From the NCBI GenBank assembly GCA_035084275.1, contig CM068745.1:15252001-15316000 (forward strand): a stretch of DNA of 64,000 nucleotides, read 5' to 3'. The first letter of the stretch is position 1. Every line of letters begins with the position of its first letter. The translations under genes were made by a program, and so were the position numbers. Shown here in pieces: positions 50,309-62,467 of this stretch. Origin of the DNA: Hydrolagus colliei (lineage: Eukaryota). The notes under the pieces were generated by a model that was not told the origin of the DNA, did no database searches, and saw only the letters and a list, made by a program, of their open reading frames with translations.

Positions 50309-51049
50309 CTGACAAATTCAAAGACAGTTGAAATTACACAGCAGTCAATAGCCCGCCAAAGGTTGTAAATTAGGCAATGGTGATCAGCTGATGAAGTGAA
50401 TGGGCAATTAAGAGAAATAGCAAATGATGCTCAGTTTGTCATGTATTCAGGAGCTGAGAAACACTTGGTTGTGTTTTTTCTACCTCAAATGTGACCTGAA
50501 TTCTGAATATGCAACTTGGATTTTTGTTGCTAATTAGATCTGAATACTAGAGCTCATTAAGTCCTCACTGAGAAACCACCAGTGTAGATGGTGCCGTGGG
50601 ACGTCCTCCCAATGTGAAAAGCGCTCTACAAATGTCATTTTGTTGTTGTTGTAGAGAAACCACAAAGACCCATCATACTAACATGAAAGGCATCAGCACC
50701 AAGGCAACCTGAAGTAAGAGCCAAAACAAAATTACATTTGTATATCTCCTTTCACGTTGGGACATCCCAAGGCGCTGTGTTGATATTGTCAAGGTGTTGT
50801 GAGACTGCGTGACATATGTGGGTTTCCTGAAGGAGACATTTTTTAATCTCCTGACAATTGTGAATAGAAACAAGTGCTGAGGTGAGTGCCAAGTGGAGAG
50901 TAGGAATTTCTCCACGGGGAGGATGATGGTAATGGAGGTGGTGAGAAGGGGGAAGAGAAAAAGAAATCGCTTCAATTGCTTTTTGCATTTTTGAAAAGAA
51001 AGTTCAAATCTGGTAAAACTGTTAATCAGGCTAAGACTGCCTGATAAGC

Positions 51050-52695
51050 AGGAGGCTGGTGGCCAGTCCAGCAGATGCTCTTTGAAGCCGGGTCTCTTTG
51101 GAGATGCTATGGCTCTAAGGTGTTTTTTCTGACAAGGGAATGTCGGAATCAAGCCAGCCCTCGGGGGTGGTCTTAGTATTCTGGTTCCTGAGCCGGGGGA
51201 TACGCAGCACTCCAGAGCATCCCAAAACTTTGGAATTCCCTCACTCAACCACTTTGCCTCAACCCCTACTTTACCATCTTCAGACCTTTGTCTTCAACTA
51301 GGCTCATGATCACCTTCCCCCTCCCACTTGTTTGCCTTCGGGCTCTACCATTATGAAGCACTCTGAGACGCCGCCCGGTGTGGAAGACACTACATACATG
51401 CAAGTTGTTGCTGGTGGCAGCACAGTTGCGTTGGCTCATCAGCAGGACTTGGAAGGGCAGAGCAGTCACTGGGGCTCTCTCCACACAGCTCCTGTTAGCT
51501 CTGCAAGCCAAAGTCCTAACAGTTAGGGAGCTCTTAGCTGGCCAATGCTGAGTTTCTCTATTGAGATCAATGGCAAGTTATGCCATTTTAGCTTTTTATT
51601 TTTTAATTTTAGCTGGTTGGACTTCAGCAGTTACCTGAACACATATCCTAGTGTCCCCAACCGTGGCTCTTGTCAACCTGCGCCTAATACTTTCTGGAAT
51701 TAGGTAAGCAGCATGCGTCACTCCAGGGAGAGAGTGCACATTCCATTCCAACAACCTATCTCTGGGATTTCCATGTGTTGGTGGGATGGGAGTTATGTAC
51801 CTTTGAAGCCGGGTCTCGTTGGAGATGCTATTGCTCCAAGGTGCTTTTTCTGACAAGGGAATGTCGGAATCAAGCCAGCCCTCTGTGGTGGTCTTAGTAT
51901 TCTGGTTCCTGAGCCATTGGAACCGGATGGCTCCAATGGAGTTTGTTTTGGATACTCTTAAGCTTGGTGATGGGTTTCTGCATGTGTCAGGCTTAAAGCA
52001 CAAAAATGTTCTGATGTACTTTTGCTGATATTGAAGTGCTATTATGCTGGCACATTTTTGCATGTGCTTTTCAACCATCTTCTCAGGTATCCTGGTGACT
52101 AAAACCTGAGGCTTAGATTATGTAAAATACCGCAATTTACTTTTATAAATGGCTTTTATGTCAAGAGAATTTGAAAATAATCTCATTGAATAACACAAAG
52201 GGTTTCTTTGTTTGGTCAGCTGGGGGTGTCTGACTCATCCGGAAACCCACCACCGTGTTTAAGAATATCCATGATACTTTGCAGATAATTACTGACAGTT
52301 TCACTGAGAAATTCCTATGTTTGAAATGGAATGTCCAATCTCTTTCTGGAGGGATGCATTCTGTTTACCTAATCCAGAGTGTTACGCACAGGTTGGTAAA
52401 ACGCCAGGACTCAGGTTGGCAAAACTCAACGGTTGGGACCTCCGATTGTGCTTTGGTGATACTGCTGTAGTTTAACTCACTAAAAACACATTGCTTGCCA
52501 TTGAAAGCACATTCTGGCAAACTTCCAATTCCTTGTCCAGCTAGGATCGTCCTACCCATTAGGACTTGCAGGGTTAACAGAAGTTGAATGGGAAGAATCC
52601 ATGGTCCCAGTGACCAGTCAGTGTGTTTTTGCCGATGATCCAGGCCAGCGGGTCTGTTAGCTAGTCGGTCATCTACTGTGCCCTGTAGTACAGTA
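51050..52695. repeat. Unclassified old interspersed repeat: inverted pair plus internal direct duplication
   Basis: 51400-51992 is inversely homologous to 52217-52695; 51080-51195 is repeated at 51800-51915; further copies at 33300-33692 and 40265-40425. Confidence 0.7.
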
Positions 52696-53859
52696 TACCG
52701 AAACTCTTCGCTCCACCCACCCCCTCCAGTTCAGGAACAGGAACACCAATATCACCACTGAGGATTGACTTGACTCCAATATTTTGTTACAGTATATTAA
52801 TGTGGAGTCAGCCGAGCTCTAAGTGACCTAAGTTACCCCCTCACTCCCCCACCCCCATAGTCACAACACAAAGTTCCAATTCCAAGTTCTTCTACCGCAA
52901 TAAAAAAAACAAGTTTCACTGATACTGCACCCTCCACGCAGGGTAAGGTCTCAGAGCGCAGAGCCTGACCCTGTTGTGGGGAGGTGGCCGTAAGTGGGCT
53001 GGAGGTATTGAGAGAGAGTGTTCCAGAGTTTTGTCCTCCGATGATGGGGTGGAGGGTGTGAGGGACATGCCAGTCGAGCAGAGGTGGGCTGGGGAGTGAG
53101 GAGGTCAGAAAGTTAGGGAGGTGCCAGGGTGTGAACGGATTTGAACACAAGACCGAAAACAATCACCAAATGCGATGTTTGCTGAGGATTGAATCATAAT
53201 TTGGCAACTCAGAAATGCTAACTTTCAGATAAGACATTAAACTAAGGTCCCTGTTCAGATAGACGTTAAAGATTTCATGGCAAAAAGAAAAGGGAGTTTC
53301 TCCTGGTGTACCGGCTAGACAATCCCCTAGATACAAATATTGTCCAGTACAGTAGAACCAGAGGACACAGCCTGCAATCGAAGTGGGGGTAAATTCAACA
53401 CAATTTCAGGGAGCGAGCAGAAAATGTATGGCACACGCTCCCAAGAGAGATAAGTGTTGCTTTGTTCAAAGGCGAATTGGATAATTTCTTTTAGGAAATA
53501 ATATCTAAGGATACGATATACAGTTTGACATGACATACACATGCGACTGCCAGGATGGTGAAAGGTGAACTGGATGGACCTTGATCTTTTTTTGTCTAGC
53601 AATTCTTACGTTCTTATGTTCATTAATGTCATGGCTGTTTATGGGAAATTGCAGTGTGCAAACTGACTGCTGCGTCTGCGCCAACTGCATTTGTAAATAC
53701 AGTTGTTACATTGTTACATTGAATTGTGCAAAATGTTTTGGGATGTTTTGATGATGTGATAAGCTGCTGTATCAAATGCAAGGATTATTAGTAACAGCTG
53801 ATCTATTGCAGAACCTGATTCTACCTGCCACTAAGTACAGTACAGTATTGAATAAGTGG

Positions 53860-54158
53860 AGCCCTGCAGCTCAGGATTTAGAGCACTCGCCTCGCAAGCA
53901 AAAGACGATTCCCAGCAGGGCAAAATCTTGGGCAAGTTTCCTTACTCCACACACCTGATAAAAATCCTTCAAGAATAATAAATAATTGGTCACTCCAATC
54001 CACAACTGTTTGTGGAATACTGCTGTGCACAATTGGCTGCCACATTTAATCCACAAATATAGTCAATTTATTTTACAGTATATTCTGTAAAGTGCTTTGA
54101 GACATCTAGAATATATGAAAACTGTTACATAAAATGCAAGGATTATTATTGTTATTAT
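53860..54158 (+). mobile_element. Full-length SINE
   Basis: Head, body and tail present. Confidence 0.88.
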
Positions 54159-56289
54159 AACAGCTCTGAGTTAGACATCAAATTTAGTTACCTTAAGCAT
54201 TCTAAGCGAAGGGAACTGAGCTGGACAGTTTGGCGCAAACATATAGCGAAAAATCAAGCCTATTCCATAATGTTTGGGAGTACAGCTGGGCTGACAGAGA
54301 AGTGGGGGTATTAAGAATTTTATTGAAGTTTTTACCTTGGCATCATTTATTAAGTATGATCACACTTTGGCTAATAATATAATCTTTCCTGGTGTAAGTG
54401 GTGTCCTTTTCCAACTTGTGAAAACAAATTGCACAATAATATTTTTTTAATCCCCAGATGGTGTTAGAACCGGTTTACGATTTTGTTTGGTTCTCATTTT
54501 TCAGGAAAATACTTCATGCTAGCTGAAACCTGATAGGGAAATTCATATTATGCTTCAGGAAACTGTGCCTGCAATTCAGTGAGTGGTACTATTGTCTCTT
54601 TTTACCAACACACAAAATGTGACCTTGATTTAACAAAACAGAATGCTTAATAAAATCTGTCGTGCCGGAGATTTTCACTTATCAAGGCATGTTCAATGTA
54701 AACAATTTCCCGCTGGCTCCACTTGTGTGAAGGGAATTTCGAAGCCGAGGCGAGAAGAAGAAATACAGTCAGGTTCAGTCTTGTCGACAGCAAACAGTGG
54801 AGCATAACTATTTCATATCCTCTGCCATGGTAAATCATAACTCCACGATAATTAAAATCGCTAAACAAATTCTATGTACAAACACAAAATGTGACAAAAA
54901 AACAAACTTATGCAGTGTTTTTTTTTTAAAAAAAGCAATTTAAAGTGCCTTTTAACAGTAGGGATTTCTATCAGGCAACATTTCCAAACCAACAGAGATT
55001 CTTTGTTTCTGTGTGATCATCACTTTGTGTATCACATGTTGGCCAAAGAAATTTACAATCTTAATCTTTTGAAATTTTATTGACAAGCTTTGCAAAAGGA
55101 AAGGAATGCGATACAGGCTAAAAATAGAGTGCTTTTGTACTTCCGTGAAAAACAGCAAAGATGTCCACTGTAATCCCAAAATGGTCAAGGAATCTTCATC
55201 CTTAATATAGGGTCAAGCATGAAGTTGGAAGAGTAGATGGTATAAGACAGAAATTTTAAGTGTGGAGAAGAGGTGTGGCGGGAGTGATATTGGAGTGATT
55301 TTTTGTTTTACTGTATTTAATTGTCAAATCAAACTTTTTAGAAAGAAAAAAGTTCAGTGATAATAATAATTTGTGCATTTTGACATAGTGGATTTTATAT
55401 TGGAGGACCACCCTACCTCTATGAACTCCTGAAGCCCTACCAACCTAGCCGCTCTCTCTGCTGAGCAAACACTGACCCATTCTAATGCAGGCTTTCAGCC
55501 ATGCTCTGCTCTTGCATACCAGAGCCCCCTGACTCGCCCCCACCCCCAGCTTGAGTGCCCAGCCACCAGGGTCAAGGGCTGTGAAAAGCGTCAAATCAAT
55601 GTAAATTGTATTGTTCGCATGTAATCCATTAGTTTCTATAACTCATGTCTAAAAATGACAACTCTCATCTTTCGAAAGTAAAATCAATCAGGAATTTACT
55701 CCGACCTCCCAGCATTTCCATCTTTATCCTCTCTTCAGGCCAATCCTCTTTTTGTTGCACTTCAATTTACACAGTGACAATCTTGAGGCGTTCCCTAATA
55801 TATAATTTCCTATTTCAACTTTTGAGTTTCTCTTCCTTTGCTGCAAGTATTCTCCAATCTTCTGTTGCCCAGCCCCCATCTGAATTGTTTGTGTGTGAGT
55901 GGGAGGGAGGGCGGGATGAGCGGGCTGAGCTGAAAGATAATACTGCCCCAAACATCAACTCCCACTGTTCAGGGATGTCTTCTATTAGGTCTTCAAGATT
56001 TAATTGTTTGACTGAGGTAAGCATTGACGTCACAACCTTGACCCAAAACGTAGAATTAGCTCAAATAAAAGTTATGAAAGCATAACATTGTTATTTTAAA
56101 CTTCTCAACTAGTTTTCAAGCGGTACGTAAACTGCAGACCGACAAATGTCGAATAAATAGGGAGGCATAAATAGGCAGAGCTTTAAACTAATCGGGGGGG
56201 GGGGGGGGGGGGGGGGGGAGGGAAAGGTTACAGTTAAAAGGAAACCAGCAAAACTAAGAACGTTGAAGATGGTAGAGCAGATTAGCGAG

Positions 56290-57631
56290 GGAGATAAACA
56301 GAGTGTGTCAAGGAGAGACAAGAGGCTCAGCAAAGAAAATAGGGCGTTAGCGAATAGGGGAAATAGTAAGAAATCTAAATTAAAGGCGCTATATCTGAAT
56401 GCATGAAGCATTTGTAATAAGATAGATGAATTAATGGCACAAATAGAAACAAACAGGTTTGATCTAGTATGCAGTGTGGGAGCTAAATATTTATTTTACA
56501 GTATATTCTGTGAAGGGCTTTGAAATGTCTAGAAAATGTGAAAAGAGTTATGTCAAATGCAAAGATTATTATTATTATTATTATATCCCCTATATATAAG
56601 AGGGATAAAAATACCACAGGGAAAGTGGCTCAACCATAGCTAACTAGAGGAGTTAGAGAAAGTATAAAATTAAAACAAAAGGCCTATAATAATGCCAAAA
56701 AGAGCAGTAAACCAAAGGATTGGGAGGGCAACAGAGATCATCACAGAAAAATTAAGAAACTGATTAAGAGGGAGAAAATAGATTATAAGGGCAAACTAGC
56801 TATAATAATAATCCTTGCATTTGATATAGCGCTCTTCACATCTTATCGATGTCTCAAAGCGCTTCACAGAATATACTGTAAAGTGAATTGACAGTATATT
56901 TGTGGGCGAAATGCGGCAGCCAATTGAGCACAGCAGTGTCCCACAAACAGTCATGGATTGAAATGACCAATTTTATTATTGTGTTTTTTTGACGGATTAT
57001 TATTTCCCATGTGGAAAAAGGAAACTTGCCCAAGGTTTCACCGTGATCTATCTGGATTCGAACGCAGATCTCACGCTTGTAAGGCGAGTGCTCTAACCAC
57101 TGAGATACAGGAGTCTCCAAGTATAGGAACATAAAGATAGATTGCAAGAGTTTTTACAAATACATAAAGAGAAAGAGACACGCAAAAGTGAATGTGGGTC
57201 CATTACAAGTGGAGACAGGACGAATTATAATGGGGGATAAAGATATGGCAAAGTCATTAAACAAATACTGAAAAGCGGATTATTTTCTAAAGGGGGAGAG
57301 ATCGAATAGTGTTTGTGTTCAGAGGGATTTGAATGTCCTTGTACACCAGTCACAAAAAGTTAGTATGCGGGTTCAGCAAGCAACTAGGAAGGCTAATGGC
57401 ATGTTGGTGTTCATTGCAAAAGGGTTAGAATACAAGAGTAGTGAAGTCTTGCTGTATAGGGTCTTGGTGAGACCGCACCTAGAATACTGTGTGCGATTTT
57501 GGTCTCCTTATTTAAGAAAGGATATGCTCGCCTTAAAAGGGGTGCAGTGTGGATTCACTAGGTTAGTTCCTGGAATTAGGTGGTTGACCTATGAGGACAG
57601 GTTGAATGAACTAGGCCTATATTCTCTAGAA
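56290..57631 (+). mobile_element. Internally deleted CR1 (endonuclease start to RT end) interrupted by SINEs
   Basis: LKALYLNA*SICNKIDELMAQIE endonuclease-like start; FYKYIKRKR; YRVLVRPHLEYCVRFWSPYLRKD. Confidence 0.85.
56803..57118 (-). mobile_element. Full-length SINE inserted into CR1
   Basis: CR1 sequence continues on both sides. Confidence 0.9.
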
Positions 57632-57710
57632 TAGTGGTTCCCAACCTCGGGTCCCGACCCAAATCAGGGTCGCGGGATCCCTCAGTTGGGTCACGAAGCG
57701 TTATCAGAAA
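57632..57710 (+). mobile_element. hAT/Charlie-like transposon terminus that truncates the CR1
   Basis: cTCTAGAa|TAGTGGTTCCCAACCT; Charlie-type end next to the NTCTAGAN target consensus; possible opposite end near 59520-59546. Confidence 0.5.
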
Positions 57711-58869
57711 TTTTTCTTTTTTTTTTTAATGTTCAAAATGCTTTATTAATGCTAAAAAAAAGTGCCCGAGGCGACACCGCCAACCAATTTCATAGAATTA
57801 TTGAATCTTACGGCACAAAAGAAGGCCATTCAGCCCATTGAGTCTGTGCTGGCTCTTTAAAAAGAGCAATTTAATCCCACTCCGCAGCTCTCTCCCCATA
57901 ACCGCGGAAACCTGTCCTCCCCAAATAAGCATATTCTGTAAAATGCTTTGAGGCATCTACAACAACAACAGAATTACACTTATAGAGCGCCCTTTGCGTC
58001 GGGGGAACATGAAAAGTGCTATATCATATGGAAGGATTATTATTATTATTATGCCCCCCTCTGCGTAAATACAAGGCGACTTCTCTGTGGGGTATGTTCG
58101 ATAAATAGGTTGTCAGACTGTAGAGCATGTACTCCTAGATGGCAACATAACAGCTTGCATTTAAATCACAGTTTCCATTCATTGGTGAAAGTTAAAATGG
58201 GTAACAATTCAGTCAAATGCAAGAAGGCTAGGCCATCTACTTCCTGCATAGGATTTATCTGACCCTCATAGATTAAAAATCGTCTATCCAGATAATTTTC
58301 ATCTAATCTCACTGACTCACTGAATTCCAGAATCCCACAAGTCTGAGTAAAGAAATATCATCTGATTTCACCAGTAATATGTCTAGTTCTCCTTTTTAGA
58401 TTGTGACCCTTGTTCTAGATTCTGCAAGCGCAGAAAAGAGTCTCCTCATACAAACTCTGTCAATTCCCTTTACTAACTTAAATGGCTTCATCAGATCAGC
58501 CCACAATCTGCTCTGCTCAAGGGAGCACAGACCCGGTTTGCGTACTCCATCCTCATCCTAACATCATTCAATCCACAGATCTACACTGCGTGGGCTCAAA
58601 AATCTTTTCAAAGGGATTGTGCACAAAACTGCACAAAGCACTGCCAATGAGGTCTGATTAAAGAATTATACAAATGTAACCTCCACTGCGGTTCTTTCTG
58701 GTTCTGCCATAGCCTGTGCTATCGATCCTAGCTCATGGTAGATTCACATTGGTGTGCTGCCAGCCTCCCACTCCTGCGAGTACTCGCCATGGCCCTTCAG
58801 ACACCATGTAACACCTCTTCTCTTAGGACTTCCTGACTTCATTTCTAAAGTACTGTGGTGCATTAAACC

Positions 58870-59057
58870 ACAATAATAATTTGGTCATTTGAATCCACGA
58901 CTGTTTGTGGGACACTGCGGTGCTTAATTGGCTGCTGCATTTCACCCACAAATATTCAGTCAATTCACTTTACAGTATATTCGGTGAAGCGCTTTGAGAC
59001 ATCGATAAGATGTGGAAAGCGCTATTATCAATTGCAAGGATTATTACTATTATTATT
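58870..59057 (+). mobile_element. 5'-truncated SINE
   Basis: Body and tail close to the family consensus. Confidence 0.88.
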
Positions 59058-59204
59058 AAATCAAGGGACCTTGAATCTGCTTATTTGAATGAAATTACAA
59101 TTGTGACATTAATAGGTGCCCAGTGTAAGTGCCCTTGAAAAAAAGGCAAATCAAATGTTTTCAACGGAAACCAGTAAAGAGGTACAAAACCCAGCTAGCC
59201 CAGT

Positions 59205-60385
59205 TACAATCTGGAATGCTAGAAATGCACTGCTTGAAAGGGTGGTGGAAGCAGATTCCATGATAACTTCAAAAGGAATTTGGATATTTACATGAAAGGA
59301 AAAAAATACGCAAGGCTAAGGCAGAAAAGCAGGAGAATGGGACAAGTTGGATAGCTCTTGCAAAGAATGATGAGCCAAATGGCCTCCTGTGCTGCAGGAT
59401 TCTATGAAAGCAGCAGCCAATGTCTAGTAAGCCATGTTGATGATAGCCTTTCTGTTTAACAGAAAGCAGCTTATCTAACCTTGTGGTTCATGATTATCTG
59501 CTACCATGGCCTCAAAAGCTGATAAGTTTGATGCCCTGCCCTAGACCTTTTGTTTAGAATGCAACATTGCATTACTGGAGAAAAATGAATGAGGCCTTCA
59601 AAATGTTCTTTTTCTTAATCGTCACCATCTAAACAATGGTCCCACAAATACACAGCAACTCCAACTCCACAACAGTAAATCCTGTGAAATGTTTGGAGAG
59701 GCCTCCTGACGTGAAATGCTCAATATCAAATGCAAGAATTTTTAAAAAATGTTTCCTGATAATTGCACAGCCCTCAGTCCCTACTGCTGTTACTTTGGTA
59801 TTACATAGAAATCAGCCTCAAAAGGATTGCCAATGTACTGCCGGAGTTGCTAAATATAAAAGTGGCAGCTAAGCTGCAGAGCAAAGCTCTTTCACCTCTC
59901 GCTCATGCTCTCATACACACACACACACTTTCTCACCTCTATCTCTCTACCCTCCTCCCTCCCCTACTCTCCCCCTCCCCTTCTCAATCCCTCTCTCCCA
60001 ATCAGCCGACCGGTTCACTCTTTCCAGCAGCAGGAGCCGGCAGTTGTTTAGAATGCAGCTGGTAAGAGACAGACTGCAGTATTATTACCACCCTCCGCGC
60101 TGCATCTTAAAATTAGGGGGTCAGCCCTTTCACACTCAGTTGAGAAAAAACCTCTTCATTCAGAGGGTAGTGAATTTATGGAATTCTCTACTCCAAACGG
60201 CTGTAGATGCTCAGTCGTTGAACATATTCAAGATTGAGATTGATAAGATTTCTTGTGGATAAAGGGATTAAGGGATATGGGGATAAGGCGGGTAGGTGAA
60301 GTTAGAATAGAATAGATCAGCCATTATTGGCGGGGCAGGCTCGAGGGGCCGAATGGCCTACTCCTAATCCTAATTCTTATGTTCT
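59205..60385 (+). mobile_element. Two CR1 tail fragments (59205-59405 and 60105-60385) flanking other sequence
   Basis: LRKNLFIQRVVNLWNSL...FKIEIDK; aggggccgaatggcctactcct tail. Confidence 0.7.
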
Positions 60386-61774
60386 TTTGAATGGAGTTGT
60401 GAAATAAAACTAATAATCCCATCAGTGAAAGAGGGCTCCTGCAGCCAAATACATAACGAGAATCAAAATCATTATATCAAACAAGTTCAGTGTTTTGCTT
60501 GAAGTGTCCAAGTGACTGTGACAACTTGAAATGAGCCGGCACCCTTTCAGATAAACTAATGGAATTGTGTCAAGTCATTACCATCATGACTGCCCTTACA
60601 AGGTGTGGAGTATTACAACCGGGTTGACCATTGCTGCTCCAGTATAGAAAATGTTAAACAGATTCGAGTGCTGCATGTTCTTTTACAGCAATGGTGCAAG
60701 TTATATAAAGAAACTTTGGCAATGAAACTAGGCTCGGCCAGGGTTCAAAGGCTTTTTGTTCGTGACCTGTGTCGTTTACTCTTAAGTAAAGCTTCAAGCT
60801 GCTCCAATCAGATCACAAGTGGGCTTGAATTTATCATTTATTCAGGAGCCTTGTTTAAGAATGCATGGGAACAGAAGTGAAAAAAGTTCTACTCAGTTTG
60901 CAATTCATACGACAGGAAGAATAATGAATTGCAGACTAGGAATGCCTCCAAGAGTCATCCCAACTTTGATATCAAGCCAATAGCATTCAGTGATTGAAGC
61001 TGTTGAAAGGCTGCTTACAGCGCACCACCTGCCACAGACCCTTTGCTCCAAGAAAAAGCAATTGGAAAGAAACACGAAGCTTCCGATAACCAAACTGATA
61101 GCAAAGCAAAGTACACGGTTTATTGTGTTCTACAGTTTCCTACTGAGAACATAATTCCTGTTCCGGATACAGTGAAAAGACTGCAATCTGAGAAGATCTT
61201 AATTCACCTTGGTTTTCAGTTCACTTTAGTTGGGAGTTAGTGCCAGAACTCAATTGGAGAGTGAGACAGGAGAAGAGTTTTACTGAGTTTGGGTCTCTAC
61301 CTCCGCTCAGTTAGTCTGCTTGCCATTTGAGAGTTAGCTTCAAAGAGGGGAACAAGAGTAGAGAGCAGGTTGCTACAAGCCATGGTGAATGACAAGCACT
61401 AATTCTGCCACCTACAAAACCTTTTAAAGGTCTTGTTCGACCCCGAGCTATCCTTCCTCCCCCACATCCACTCCATGCCGGCACAGCCTTCCATCACCTC
61501 CGCAACATTGCCAGACTCCGCCACTACCTCACCCTCCACGCCGCCAAAACCCTCATCCACACCTTTATCACTTCCAGGCTCGTCTACGGGAACTCTCTCC
61601 TCGTCGGCCTCCCCAGCTGCTCCCTTCACAGGCTGCAGATCAATCAGAACTCTGCAGCTCATGTACTCTCCTGCATCAGGCTTTGCGATCACATCACTCC
61701 CACCCTGGCCCGTCTCCACTGGCTCCCGATTACCCAGAGGATCGAATTCAAGATCCTTGTCCTCACTTTCAAGG

Positions 61775-62467
61775 CATAGCTGCCAACTTTTTTTTAACAA
61801 AAAAAAGTACTCCTGAAAGCTAAAAACAGTATTTTGTAGTAAAAAAAAGTATTTTCCCCAGAACCTACCGGTATTTAACGAAAAAATTACAGCGCGAAAA
61901 GATGCCAAGTAAAATGGGATTTCAGAATCCCTCATTAAGCAAAACTTGAGGGATGTCAAGTTTTGCTTGAGAGGGAGATCCCTACTGTGTTTCCGTATAT
62001 GAAAAAAATTGTTCTCAGTAATGCCTTGTGCCTAGCGCTAACATTTGCAGTGTATCAGCGACGGCAGAAGGTAGGTAGCACTGCTATTGAAGGCAGGGAG
62101 AGAGAGTTAAAGAGAAAGAGACTGAGACAGAGATACTGTGAGTGAGATTGTGACAGCCAGAGACTCAAACAGAGAGAGAGAAAGACACAGAAAGAGAGAC
62201 ACAGAGAGAGAGAAAGAGAGAGAGCGCGACCGAGACAGACAGAGAGAGGGAAAGAGACACGGAAAGAGAGAGAGAGAGAGAGAGAGAGACACACACACAG
62301 ATGGAGACTGAGACAGAGAGAAGGAGAGACAGACAGACAGACAGAGCATGGAATTTCCAAAATTCGGATTTTCCAAAAAACGTATTTTAACAGGAAAAAC
62401 CGTACTGCCGTATTTACTTCAATTTATCATACTAAATACGGCAAAAACGTACTGGTTGGCAGCTCCG
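61775..62467. mobile_element. Non-autonomous TIR element (~690 bp) with 6-bp TSD TCAAGG and internal (GA)n-rich tract
   Basis: Termini CATAGCTGCCAAC ... GTTGGCAGCTCCG; TCAAGG at both 61769-61774 and 62468-62473. Confidence 0.75.
62095..62346 (+). repeat. (GA)n/(GACA)n low-complexity tract
   Basis: Directly visible. Confidence 0.9.

Noticed and set aside
50673-52078. 191-aa and 160-aa ORFs in the CRYL1 intron
   Set aside because: They run across repeat fragments and L2 tails with no domain motifs
62055-62376. Ser/Leu/Cys-rich ORFs
   Set aside because: Translation of a (CT)n/(GA)n microsatellite
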